This document shows, one piece after another, positions 10,764 through 20,565 of a stretch of 32,000 nt of DNA. The DNA is from Candidatus Saccharimonadota bacterium (GTDB taxonomy: Bacteria > Pseudomonadota > Gammaproteobacteria > Enterobacterales > Enterobacteriaceae): contig NZ_CP010048.1 of assembly GCF_000973505.1 (NCBI RefSeq), positions 30,001-62,000 of the forward strand, in the 5' to 3' direction. The notes beneath the pieces were generated by a model. It saw nothing but the letters and a program-made list of their open reading frames with translations, made no database searches and had not been told where the DNA came from. Position 1 is the stretch's first letter. The number at the start of each line of letters is the position of its first letter. Made by a program: the position numbers and the translations under genes.

Positions 10764-11801
10764 TTAGGTATTATTTATGTTGGCATTTATGATACCATCC
10801 GGTAGTAATGTCGCTAACATAACTGATTTAATAGTATGTAATCTATTTTCGGCTTGCTCGAATACTACACTATAGTCTGATTCAAATATTTCGTTTGTCA
10901 CTTCAATCCCATTTTCTAGATTATATTTTTTAGCAATTTTTTTTCCAATTATTGTTTTTTCGTCGTGGAGTGCTGGCAAACAATGCAAAAATTTTACATT
11001 TTTATTGTTAGTTTGTTCTATCATAGATATGTTTACTTGATATTTTTTTAGTAATGTAATACGTTCTTCCCAAATTTTTTCATGTTCACCCATAGAGACC
11101 CATACATCCGTATAGAGGAAGTCTACATTTTTTACGCCTTCGTTAATATTTTCAGTAAGTATGATATCGGCATTTTTATTTTTTGCAAGTTGTTGACATT
11201 GAGAGAAAAAGTTTTTTTTTGGCCAAAAAATTCGTGGAGAGATGAGTCGTAAATTCATGCCTATTACTGCTGATGCTTCTAATAAAGAGTTTCCTATGTT
11301 ATTGCGTGTATCTCCAACGTAAGCTAGCGTTATTTGATTAAATGGTTTGTGAGCAAGTTGTTCTTGTATAGTCATGAGATCTGCAAGTAGTTGTGTAGGA
11401 TGAAATTTAGCAGTGAGTCCATTCCATACTGGAATATTTGAATATTGAGCAAATGTTTGAATTATATTTTGGCTATATCCTCGATATTGAATACCATCAT
11501 ATAATCTTCCTAATATTTTAGCAGTGTCTTTAATAGATTCTTTATGCCCCATCTGGCTAATATTAGGGTGCAAACAAGTTGTTCGTGCTCCTTGATCAAA
11601 TGCGGCAACTTCAAAACAACAGCGCGTCCGCGTAGAGTTGTTTTCGAAAATAAGCACAATATTTTTTCCGATAAGTTGAGGTGTTTCTTTTTTTTCATGT
11701 TTATTTTTTTTTAGTTTATATGCCAGTTCTAGCAGACTGTGAATTTCATCAAGTGTGAAATCCATTAATCGTAAAAATGATCGTTGATATAATGTATTCA
11801 T
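10764..11801 (-). CDS. argI: Ornithine carbamoyltransferase
   Basis: 345-aa ORF with the carbamoyl-phosphate motif STRTRCCFE, the ornithine-site motifs [16 protein letters not shown] and HCLPA, and [10 protein letters not shown]. It is colinear with E. coli ArgI. Confidence 0.93.
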   Translation of the reverse strand: MNTLYQRSFLRLMDFTLDEIHSLLELAYKLKKNKHEKKETPQLIGKNIVLIFENNSTRTRCCFEVAAFDQGARTTCLHPNISQMGHKESIKDTAKILGRLYDGIQYRGYSQNIIQTFAQYSNIPVWNGLTAKFHPTQLLADLMTIQEQLAHKPFNQITLAYVGDTRNNIGNSLLEASAVIGMNLRLISPRIFWPKKNFFSQCQQLAKNKNADIILTENINEGVKNVDFLYTDVWVSMGEHEKIWEERITLLKKYQVNISMIEQTNNKNVKFLHCLPALHDEKTIIGKKIAKKYNLENGIEVTNEIFESDYSVVFEQAENRLHTIKSVMLATLLPDGIINANINNT

Positions 11802-11932
11802 AATACAATTTCTTTATGTTATTGTTAAAGTGCTATATAAGGTGTTTTAAAAATTTTATTAAGAATACTTTAAATTTTATTTTTAATAAAGAAGTATTTT
11901 GTAGAATGGTAATTTTAACAGTTTTGTTTTTT

Positions 11933-14785
11933 TTATTTAAAGAGTATGTTTTGTTGTTGTAGTATTTGTTGTTTAGTTTTTTGTAAATCTTTAAGTTTAT
12001 TTTTTTGTTTAGTGATTAGAGATTTTGGTGCATTATTTATAAAGTGCACGTTGTTTATTTTATTTGTTATATATTGAATTTCTTTGTCAATATTTTTAAT
12101 TTTTCTTTCTATGTGGTTTAATTGAATTGTATTATAGTGATTTTCATCAGTTATTGGAATAAACATTGTTGTATCTTCGATGGGTATCGTGATTAACTTT
12201 TTATGTATTTTATTTTTATTTGAAAAATGTATATGATTTATATTAGCCATTTTAGTGAGAATATTAAAATTATTTTTTATCCGTTTTTGTATGTGGTTTT
12301 CGGGATTTTGAAATATTATTGTTAGTGGTATTGATTTTGCAATTTTCATATCATTACGTATGTTACGTATATTTATAATTATTGTTTTGATCCATTCTAT
12401 GTCAATTGTAGCATTAATATTGATTAATGATTTTTCGATACTTGGGAATGGTTGAATCATGATGCTTTTTTTGTATTCGAATATATGTTTTATTTTTTGC
12501 CATATGGTTTCTGTAATAAATGGTATAATTGGATGAGCTAATCTTAGTAGTATTTCTAATACTTTTAGGAGGGTATAGTGTGTCCCAGCGGTTGTTAATT
12601 CATTTTTTTCATAGATTATCGTTTTAGTGAATTCTATATACCAGTTGCAGAATTGGTGCCAAATGAACGTATACAGAATATTTGCAGCTTGATCAAATCG
12701 GTAGTTATTTAATGCTTGAGAAAATGTCTTAATTGTCTCTTGTAGTGTTGTTAAAATCCATTGATCTGATGTAGAGAGAGTTTTTTTTTTATTTAATAGT
12801 TCATGGAATTTTTTTTCTGTTGTGTGTATTAGAACAAACTGTCCTGCATGCCATAATTTATTACAGAAATTATAATATCCTGATAATCGTTGCATATCCC
12901 AATGGATACTTCGCCCTGTAGATGCTAATGCAGTTAAAGTGAATCGTAAACTATCTGCCCCATATGCTTGTATACCATTTGGGAATTGTTTTTTGGTATT
13001 TTTGATTATATTTTCAGATAATTTCGGTTGCATCATATGAGTTGTTCGTTTTTTCAATAAATTGGTAATGGAAATTCCATCTATAATGTCTAATGGATCA
13101 ATAATGTTGCCTTGTGATTTAGACATTTTTTTTCCTGTTTCATCAAGAATAAGACCAGTTATATAAATTGTTTTAAAAGGTATTTCCGGTTGATTGTGTT
13201 TATTTTTAATAAAATGCATGGTTAACATGATCATTCGTGCTATCCAAAAAAATATAATATCAAATCCACTAACTATCACGTTGCTTGGATGAAATTTTTT
13301 TAATACTGTCAGGTTTGTGGGCCATCCCAGACTTGCGAATGTCCATAGACTTGAAGAGAACCAAGTATCTAGTACATCTGTTTCTTTATATAAAAGAATG
13401 TTGTCATCTAGTTGATGATATTTTCTGATATCTTTTTCATTGTGTCCTACATATATTTTATTGTTTTTGTCGTACCAGACTGGAATTTGATGCCCCCACC
13501 ATAATTGACGTGAAATACACCAGTCTTGTAAATTATACATCCAATGAAAATATATTTTTTTGTATTCTTTAGGAATAAATTTTATTTTTTTGTGTTTTAC
13601 AGCTTCGATTGCTGCTTTCGATAAAGGTTGTACTCGAATAAACCATTGATTGGTTATCATTGGTTCAGTTGGTGTGTTTGTTCTGTTACTATATGGAGTA
13701 GTGATTTCATAATTTTCTGTTTTTTCTAATAATTGTAATTTATGGCATATTTCTATTATTTGTGTTCGTACTATAAAGCGATTTACATTATGAAATTGTT
13801 TTGGAATATAAATTTCGCTATTATTGAACATATGTTGGCTAGTAGTGTTGAATATTTCTGGTTTGTCTCGAATGTTGCCGTTCAGAGTGAATATATTAAT
13901 CATTGGTAAGTTATGTTTTTTAGCTATTTCATAGTCATGAAAATCATGAGCGGGAGTAATTTTCATACAGCCCGTTCCTTTTTTCATATTTACATATGTG
14001 TCAAATATAATTGGTATTTTTCTGTATGTTATTGGGATATGTACATAGTGTCCGGATAATTGTGTATATCGAGGATCGTTTGGGTTGACTGCGATTCCTA
14101 CATCTCCAAATATTGTTTCTGGTCGAGTAGTTGCTACGGTGAGATAATTTGTATTTTTTGTTTGTTTGTTAGATAATGGATATTTTATATACCACATGTT
14201 ACTTTGTATTTTTTTATTTTCTATTTCTAGATCGGAAATAGCTGTTTGTATTTCAGTGTCCCAATTAATTAAACGATGTCCACGGTATATTAGGTTTTCT
14301 TTATAAAGTTGAATGAATGCTTCCTTTACAGCGAAGGATATTTCTGGATCCATTGTGAATTTTTCTCGCTTCCAGTGTGCTGAAAGTCCTAAGCGTTTCA
14401 TTTGATATCTCATGATATCGGTATATTTTGATTGCCATGTCCATATTTTTTGTGTGAAATTATTTTTTCCATATTCATGTCGTGTTTTATTTTCGGTTTC
14501 TGTTATGTATCGTTCTACTAAGATTTGAGTGGCAATTCCAGCATGATCGGTTCCTGGTTGCCAAAGAGTGTTTTTTCCTTGCATTCTATGGTAACGGATT
14601 AATATATCCATAATAGTATGTTGAAATGCGTGTCCCAAATGTAGTGTGCCTGTTATATTAGGAGGGGGCATTATGATACAGTAATTTTTTTGGTTAATAT
14701 TATTACTTGGTTGAAAATAATCTGATTGTTCCCATTCTGTATAACAGGTTTGTTCTATGTTTTTTGGATTATATTTTTCATGCAT
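11933..14785 (-). CDS. valS: Valine--tRNA ligase
   Basis: 950-aa ORF with the class I HIGH motif (PNITGTLHLGHA) and the KMSKS motif (GKKMSKSQGN). It has a C-terminal coiled-coil tail, and its size matches E. coli ValS (951 aa). Confidence 0.97.
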   Translation of the reverse strand: MHEKYNPKNIEQTCYTEWEQSDYFQPSNNINQKNYCIIMPPPNITGTLHLGHAFQHTIMDILIRYHRMQGKNTLWQPGTDHAGIATQILVERYITETENKTRHEYGKNNFTQKIWTWQSKYTDIMRYQMKRLGLSAHWKREKFTMDPEISFAVKEAFIQLYKENLIYRGHRLINWDTEIQTAISDLEIENKKIQSNMWYIKYPLSNKQTKNTNYLTVATTRPETIFGDVGIAVNPNDPRYTQLSGHYVHIPITYRKIPIIFDTYVNMKKGTGCMKITPAHDFHDYEIAKKHNLPMINIFTLNGNIRDKPEIFNTTSQHMFNNSEIYIPKQFHNVNRFIVRTQIIEICHKLQLLEKTENYEITTPYSNRTNTPTEPMITNQWFIRVQPLSKAAIEAVKHKKIKFIPKEYKKIYFHWMYNLQDWCISRQLWWGHQIPVWYDKNNKIYVGHNEKDIRKYHQLDDNILLYKETDVLDTWFSSSLWTFASLGWPTNLTVLKKFHPSNVIVSGFDIIFFWIARMIMLTMHFIKNKHNQPEIPFKTIYITGLILDETGKKMSKSQGNIIDPLDIIDGISITNLLKKRTTHMMQPKLSENIIKNTKKQFPNGIQAYGADSLRFTLTALASTGRSIHWDMQRLSGYYNFCNKLWHAGQFVLIHTTEKKFHELLNKKKTLSTSDQWILTTLQETIKTFSQALNNYRFDQAANILYTFIWHQFCNWYIEFTKTIIYEKNELTTAGTHYTLLKVLEILLRLAHPIIPFITETIWQKIKHIFEYKKSIMIQPFPSIEKSLININATIDIEWIKTIIINIRNIRNDMKIAKSIPLTIIFQNPENHIQKRIKNNFNILTKMANINHIHFSNKNKIHKKLITIPIEDTTMFIPITDENHYNTIQLNHIERKIKNIDKEIQYITNKINNVHFINNAPKSLITKQKNKLKDLQKTKQQILQQQNILFK

Positions 14786-14902
14786 AAGAATTTTAATGTG
14801 TATTATTAAATTTATGTGTTGTGTTGGTTATAATGGTGTTCAAAATATTTTGTATGCAAAAGTATCAAATTTATATTTTTATTGTTAGATTTTAGATAAT
14901 TT

Positions 14903-16453
14903 TTATTGTGTGAAATAGCATTTTTTGTTTTTTTGTTTGTTTATATAGTTCATAAGAAATTGAATAATCATGGTAATTGGTCTACCTGTGGCGCTGTGAT
15001 TTTGTGTATAATTCGATTTCCAAGCTGTACCAGCGATATCTAAATGGGCCCAGTAGTGTTTACCAACAAATCGCTGTAGAAAACAACCAGCAGTGATTGT
15101 GTTTCCTCCTTTTCCTCCTGTGTTTGTCATGTCAGCTATATTGGAATTAATTTGTTTTTGGAATTGGTTGTCAAGCGGTAATCGCCATATTTTGTCATCT
15201 GTTTCTTTTCCTGCTATTATTAGTTCATTAGCCAATTCATCATTATTAGACATCAAACCTGTAAAATGTTCTCCTAATGCAATTAGGCATGCTCCAGTCA
15301 AAGTAGCAATATCGATAATTATTTTTGGATTGAATCGAGTAGCATATGTTATAGCTTCGCATAATATTAATCGTCCTTCGGCATCGGTATTTTTTATTTC
15401 TATTGTTTGTCCAGACAAAGTTTTTATTATGTCACCCGGTCGAAGAGCAGTATTTGTGATCATATTTTCGCAAGTAGCTAATATTCCAATAATGTTTATT
15501 GGTAAGTTAAGTTGTATGGATGTACGTAAAATAGCGTACACAGCAGCTGCTCCACACATATCATATTTCATTTCATCCATTTTTTCTGACGGTTTAATTG
15601 ATAAACCTCCTGAGTCGAATGTTACCCCTTTTCCTACAAGGACCAGTGGTTTTTTTTTGTAATCGTTGTCTCCAATATATTTTATAATTGCCATTAACGA
15701 TTGGTTTTTTGATGCTTGTCCTACAGCTAAGTAGGCATTCATACCAATTTGTTGCATTTGATTTTCATCAATGATTTGAATTGTGGTATGGTCGTGCATT
15801 TTTTCTAATTTTTTACATTCTTGTACAAGGTATTCAGAATTGCACATGTTGGGCGGCATATTTCCTAGGTCTTTAGCAAGATTTATATTTCTTGAAATTA
15901 TTGTTCCATCGATAATAGCTTGTTGACTGTCTTTAAGTGTATCAGTTTCATGAATATAAAAAATAACATTTTGTAGTGTTTGCGGTATGTTTTTTGTAGA
16001 ATATTTAAATTGTTCAAATGTGTATGAAAGTTCTTGAATAATGTTTATTGCGTCTCGTATTTTCCAGTAATTATTGTATTTTTCATTAACATTTAGTTCT
16101 GTTAAAAATGATATTATTTGTGTAATTTTAGTTTTTTTTAGTGTATCAACGGCGTGATAAGTAATTTTTTTGTAGTGATCTCTATCAAATTTATTTTTTT
16201 TTCCGCATCCCACAAGTAAAATCTTTTTCGATGGTTCATCAGGAATATGATATAGCAGTAATGTTTCTCCTATTTTTCCTGTATATCCATTTTTGTTTAA
16301 TATTGAAGTGATATATTTGTTATTTTTATTATTAATTTGATGAATGGCAGGAGATAACTCTCCTTCTTCAAAAAATCCACCAATAATGCAGAAGTCGTGG
16401 TATATTTTTGATTGGTAATTATTTGTTATATCAAATGCAATATTATATTTCAT
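14903..16453 (-). CDS. pepA: Cytosol (leucyl) aminopeptidase PepA, M17 family
   Basis: 516-aa ORF with VGKGVTFDSGGLSIKP, MDEMKYDMCGAAAV, NTDAEGRL and DIATLTGAC, which are the M17 metal and active-site motifs. It is divergent from lptF, as in E. coli. Confidence 0.95.
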   Translation of the reverse strand: MKYNIAFDITNNYQSKIYHDFCIIGGFFEEGELSPAIHQINNKNNKYITSILNKNGYTGKIGETLLLYHIPDEPSKKILLVGCGKKNKFDRDHYKKITYHAVDTLKKTKITQIISFLTELNVNEKYNNYWKIRDAINIIQELSYTFEQFKYSTKNIPQTLQNVIFYIHETDTLKDSQQAIIDGTIISRNINLAKDLGNMPPNMCNSEYLVQECKKLEKMHDHTTIQIIDENQMQQIGMNAYLAVGQASKNQSLMAIIKYIGDNDYKKKPLVLVGKGVTFDSGGLSIKPSEKMDEMKYDMCGAAAVYAILRTSIQLNLPINIIGILATCENMITNTALRPGDIIKTLSGQTIEIKNTDAEGRLILCEAITYATRFNPKIIIDIATLTGACLIALGEHFTGLMSNNDELANELIIAGKETDDKIWRLPLDNQFQKQINSNIADMTNTGGKGGNTITAGCFLQRFVGKHYWAHLDIAGTAWKSNYTQNHSATGRPITMIIQFLMNYINKQKNKKCYFTQ

Positions 16454-16841
16454 AACTTATTATTCCTAAATAACGCAGTATTTATCGAAATTTTAGATTT
16501 TGTTTGTGATATGTTTTTGATTAATTATGGTGAATGTATTTTTCAAGTTTCTGTGCTTTAATATTATTTGTTAATTAATGAAATTTTGTAAAATTTTTTA
16601 GATTGTTGATTTAAAGTAAGATATAACATATAAATAAAATACATATAAATATTGTTTGCTTAATATTTAAAATTTTGTTTGTTATTTTTTTCGAAGTTTT
16701 TTAATAATTGCGTTTATGATTTTTTTTCATGTGATGATCATCGATGCTGCTAATAATTATAGCATTCTATATGTAAAATTAAAATAAAATTAAACGTTAC
16801 GAAGAAAATATTTTCTATATGATATTGTTATAGGAATAGAT

Positions 16842-17957
16842 GTGATATTAACTAGGTATTTGGTGTATACAATATTAAGATATCAATTGATTATTTTTAT
16901 AGTATTATTTTTAGTATTTTTTTCTCAAAAATCTATTCGGATATTTGGTGCAGTGGCTGATGGTACTATTCCGAAATTTTTGATATGTGTTTTTTTTGGG
17001 TTGAGTTTACCTGAAGTTATTAAGTTAATTTTACCTGTAAGTTTGTTTTTTGGTATTTTGATAACATTTAATTATTTGCATACTAATCATGAAATTATTG
17101 CGATGTATTCTTGTGGTTTGGGGTATACTTTTATTGTAAGGGGGGTATTATTTTTAAGTGTTATAACTACAATTTTTTCTATGATTAATGTTTTGTTTTT
17201 GTCTCCATTATGTTTGTATTATCAAAATAAAATAGTGTTTAAATATCAATTTGATTTTACTTCTATACGGTTATTTGAACGTAAGTTTCATTTTGTGAAA
17301 AATATGAATATGATGTTTTTTATTAATGGTGTTTATGAAAAAAATTTTAAAGATATTTTTTTAATTAGAGTTTTGTCGAATGGACATTCTTCAGTAATGG
17401 TATCTGATTTTGGTTGTATTAAAAAGTTTTTTGATGGTAGTCAATGGTTTGTTTTAGAATTTGGTAATTATTATTGTTGGGATAGAGATATTATTCATTC
17501 GAATTTTTATATGAGTCATTTTGATAAATATAATTTTTTAATTGGCAACCAAGCACATTATTATAGGTGTAGTAATAATTCAGTTGCAGAGTTGTCAATG
17601 TTGCAGTTATGGCGTTCTTCTTCGATAGAAGCTCAAGTAGAATTACATTGGCGTTTAACGTTGGTTATTATTGGTTTTATTATGGTAATGATTATTTTTC
17701 CATTATCATTGATGAAATTGAATCATAGTTATCTATTAATCACATTTCCATCGGTAGTTTTGTATTTAATATTTTTTTTGTTGCAAATATTTTTACGTGC
17801 TAATATTTCTAAAGGTAGTGTTAGTTTGATTTGGATTTGGATTATTAATGTGTTGTATGTGTTTATTGCTGTAATATTAAATTTTTGGGATAGTGCACTT
17901 GTCCGTAATATTCGTTGGAAAGTGAGATTATTTTTTTGTAATTATGACTCGGATTAA
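16842..17957 (+). CDS. lptF: LPS export ABC transporter permease LptF
   Basis: 371-aa ORF with a GTG start. MILTRYLV...GTIP...LPEVIKLILPVSLFFGIL...HEIIAMYSCGL...ELHWRLTLV is colinear with E. coli LptF. Its stop codon overlaps the lptG ATG (TAATG at 17955-17959). Confidence 0.87.
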   Translation: MILTRYLVYTILRYQLIIFIVLFLVFFSQKSIRIFGAVADGTIPKFLICVFFGLSLPEVIKLILPVSLFFGILITFNYLHTNHEIIAMYSCGLGYTFIVRGVLFLSVITTIFSMINVLFLSPLCLYYQNKIVFKYQFDFTSIRLFERKFHFVKNMNMMFFINGVYEKNFKDIFLIRVLSNGHSSVMVSDFGCIKKFFDGSQWFVLEFGNYYCWDRDIIHSNFYMSHFDKYNFLIGNQAHYYRCSNNSVAELSMLQLWRSSSIEAQVELHWRLTLVIIGFIMVMIIFPLSLMKLNHSYLLITFPSVVLYLIFFLLQIFLRANISKGSVSLIWIWIINVLYVFIAVILNFWDSALVRNIRWKVRLFFCNYDSD

Positions 17958-19044
17958 TGTTAATGTATTGTCTTTTAGATCGTTATATTGGTAAGACTGT
18001 TTTTTATAATATGATTATTATATTATTTATACTAATATCATTATCGAGTGTAATAAAATTTGTTGATGAATTGCGTAAAATTGGTCAAGGACATTATGGT
18101 GCTTGGGAAGCATGGTGTTATGTTTGTTTAGATATTTTAAAGGATGTTGAGCGGTTTTTACCAATGGCAGTATTATTAGGTACGTTGTTGGGGTTGGGTA
18201 TATTTTCGACGCGTAATGAATTAATAGTGATGGAAATATTTGGATTTAGTCGTTTACAGATGGTTTCATCATTGATGAAAATTGCATGTCCTGTGATAAT
18301 ATTTGGTTTCATTATTAATGAGTATGGTTCGCCTGTTAGTGAACGTGTAGCACAGGGTTATCGTTATAAAATGATTCATAATGTATCCATACGCTCTGAA
18401 TATAATAATGTATGGATTAAGGATGGATATAATTTTATTCGAATTGAGAAAATTTTTGGAGATCATGTATTATCGGGAATACATATTTATCATTTCGATA
18501 ATAAAAAGTCTTTAAAATCATATCGTTATGTAACATATGCAAAATTTGTTAATAATTCTTGGGATTTGTTAGATGTTTATGAGATCATTTTTAATGATTT
18601 TAGAAAAGTCTTTGAAAAAAGTTATACTAATGGTATATGGGTGACTGTTTTAACTCCTCATTATTTGTCAATAATAATTAAATCTATATATCATTCTACT
18701 GCTTTATCGATATTTGATGTGTATGGTTGTATTCAATATTTCAGAAAAAGTGGTCAAAATATTTCTCAGTATCAGTTATTTTTTTGGAAGAAAGTATTGT
18801 TTCCAATATCTATGATAGTAATGATGTTAGTAGCTTTGTCATGTGTTTTAAGATCATTATTGCATAAATTGCATATTGGTGTTCATATTTTAATTGGCGT
18901 TATTTATAGTTTTTTTTTTATATTTTAAACGAGGTTATTTCTGCGTTGAGTTTGGTATATAGTATAATGCCAATTATTGGTGCTGTATTACCTACTATGG
19001 TGTTTTTAATTTTTAGTATGGTACAACTATATAGATTACGTTAA
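17957..19044 (+). CDS. lptG: LPS export ABC transporter permease LptG, interrupted by a frameshift in a T10 tract. As written, the ORF stops at 18928.
   Basis: LLDRYIGKTVF...FVDELRKIGQG...NELIVMEIFGFSR matches E. coli LptG. The frame from 17957 ends at the TAA at 18926-18928. After the T run at 18910-18919, the frame starting at 18919 reads YILNEVISALSLVYSIMPIIGAVLPTMVFLIFSMVQLYRLR*, with its stop at 19042-19044. That sequence matches the LptG C-terminus (YVLDQIFGPLTLVYGIPPIIGALLP...). Confidence 0.85.
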
Positions 19045-19406
19045 TAATAAAAATATTTTGAATTATATTGTTTAGTTTGTTTGTTATAAATTAAAGTTGT
19101 TTATATTTTTTAGTTTATTTTTTGTTGAATGTAACAATTTTGTTAGTATTTTAAGAATTTGTATTATTAAAAGGTATTACATTGTGTATAGTGTATATAA
19201 TGTATGTTAGTGGTGTTGGTGGTTTTTGTGTTAGATTTTTAGAATTGTTTTTTTTAGTGATATTAAATTATTGTGAAATTTTTATTGTTATGTATTATAT
19301 ATATGTTGTATGTATGTTGCATAGAAGTGTTAAATTTGTTGGAAGCATGTTTTGTTAGTAATTTGGATGTTTATTGTTAATTTAGTATACTTTTGTTTGT
19401 ATTTAA

Positions 19407-19491
19407 GCCGAAGTGGTGAAATTGGTAAACACAATTGACTCAAAATCAATCGTCTCGTGTGGATTTGCCGGTTCGAGTCCGGCCTTCGGCA
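19407..19491 (+). tRNA. leuX: tRNA-Leu, anticodon CAA
   Basis: GCCGAAGTGGTGAAATTGGTAAACAC...ATTGA-CTCAAAA-TCAAT...long variable arm...GGTTCGAGTCCGGCCTTCGGCA. The acceptor stem GCCGAAG/CTTCGGC pairs correctly and the anticodon loop is CU-CAA-AA. It is near-identical to E. coli leuX as I recall it. No 3' CCA is encoded; GAT follows the discriminator A. Confidence 0.95.
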
Positions 19492-19588
19492 GATTTTTTG
19501 TTAATGAATCATAAATGTTGTTGATGATAGTGGGTAAATTTTGGTATAGATTGTTTATTGTTGAGATTGTTATTTTTTTTGAATATGT

Positions 19589-19611
19589 TATGTTATGTTA
19601 TAACATAACAT
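19589..19611. promoter_or_regulatory. Candidate Zur (Fur-family) operator: a 22-bp perfect palindrome upstream of the metal ABC operon
   Basis: ATGTTATGTTATAACATAACAT at 19590-19611 is a perfect inverted repeat. The 19-mer TATGTTATGTTATAACATA at 19589-19607 matches 15 of 19 positions of the core of the gammaproteobacterial Zur-box consensus (AATGTTATAATATAACATT). It lies about 50 nt upstream of the first ORF of a Zn/Mn-type ABC importer, and zur is present at 2444-2899. Confidence 0.5.
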
Positions 19612-19656
19612 GGATAATATGTTAAAACTAATTTGAAATTATAGGTGGTCGTTTTT

Positions 19657-19782
19657 ATGAAAAGGAATTTGTTTTCAAGCACAAAGTTATTTATGGCTTC
19701 GGCCTGGACTAGATTTTTATTAGCTGTAGTGATATTGGTAATGCTGTGGTTAGCAGTTTTTTGGTCAACAATATTGGTGTGA
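19657..19782 (+). CDS. Hypothetical 41-aa membrane micro-protein, translationally coupled to the ABC ATPase
   Basis: It falls below the 60-aa cutoff of the track. The sequence is MKRNLFSSTKLFMASAWTRFLLAVVILVMLWLAVFWSTILV*: a basic N-terminus followed by one hydrophobic helix. AGGTGG at 19643-19648 lies 8 nt before the ATG. The TGA stop at 19780-19782 lies 4 nt before the ATPase ATG at 19787. I recognise no homolog. Confidence 0.35.
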   Translation: MKRNLFSSTKLFMASAWTRFLLAVVILVMLWLAVFWSTILV

Positions 19783-19786
19783 TAAT

Positions 19787-20431
19787 ATGATAAAATTGAA
19801 CAATTTATCTATTGGATATTCTGGTCGGAGTATTAAGTTGCCTAGTATTACTGGACAATTTAAACGGGGTAGTATGACTGCTATTCTTGGTACCAATGGT
19901 ATTGGAAAATCGACTTTTTTAAAAACATTAGCTGGTTTTTTGCCTCCAGCTGGTGGAGAATTAAAATTCAATACGTGCAAGATGCCAAGAATTAGTTATT
20001 TACCTCAAAGAATTCGGGTAAATTATCGATTTCCATTGAGTGTTTTTGATGTTGTGGCTATGGGTTGTTGGCCAGTTACTGGATTATTAAAGAAAATTGA
20101 TGAACAGCAAAATAGTGTGATTTTAGAATCTTTACGATGTGTAAAATTAGATCGAATATTACAAAAAGATATATCTGTTTTGTCAGCAGGGCAATTTCAA
20201 TGTATGTTGTTTGCTCGTTTGTTAGTTCAACAATCTTCTTTGATTTTGTTAGATGAGCCGTTTAATAGTATTGATTGTCAGACATGTGATCTGATGTTAT
20301 CTGTTATTGATCAATTACATTATAGAGGATCTACTATTATTATTGTATTACATAATAGTAATATTGTTACTGAGTATTTTTCTGATACTTTGTTATTAAG
20401 TAACAGTGTGCATGTTTGGGAACATATTTAA
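19787..20431 (+). CDS. Metal (Zn/Mn-type) ABC importer ATP-binding protein, ZnuC/MntB-like
   Basis: 214-aa ORF with Walker A GTNGIGKST, Q-loop YLPQ, an altered signature LSAGQFQ, Walker B LILLDEP, D-loop SID and H-loop VLHN. It is paired with an ABC-3 permease downstream. Confidence 0.8.
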   Translation: MIKLNNLSIGYSGRSIKLPSITGQFKRGSMTAILGTNGIGKSTFLKTLAGFLPPAGGELKFNTCKMPRISYLPQRIRVNYRFPLSVFDVVAMGCWPVTGLLKKIDEQQNSVILESLRCVKLDRILQKDISVLSAGQFQCMLFARLLVQQSSLILLDEPFNSIDCQTCDLMLSVIDQLHYRGSTIIIVLHNSNIVTEYFSDTLLLSNSVHVWEHI

Positions 20432-20565
20432 TTTTTTGATTTTTTTATGTATGCCAGCAAGGTGTTGTTATGTGTATTTATTTTTTATAGTTTTTATGTA
20501 GTAGTGTAGTTATATTTATTTTTAGATTACTGGTTATAGCATTGTTTATTGTTTATTGTTAAATT

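Noticed and set aside
15093-15662. 189-aa ORF on the + strand from the track
   Set aside because: It lies entirely antisense to the best-conserved part of pepA (the M17 active-site region). It has no ribosome-binding site and a low-complexity, Ser/Pro/Ile/Phe-rich translation. It is a typical shadow ORF of a relatively GC-richer gene segment.
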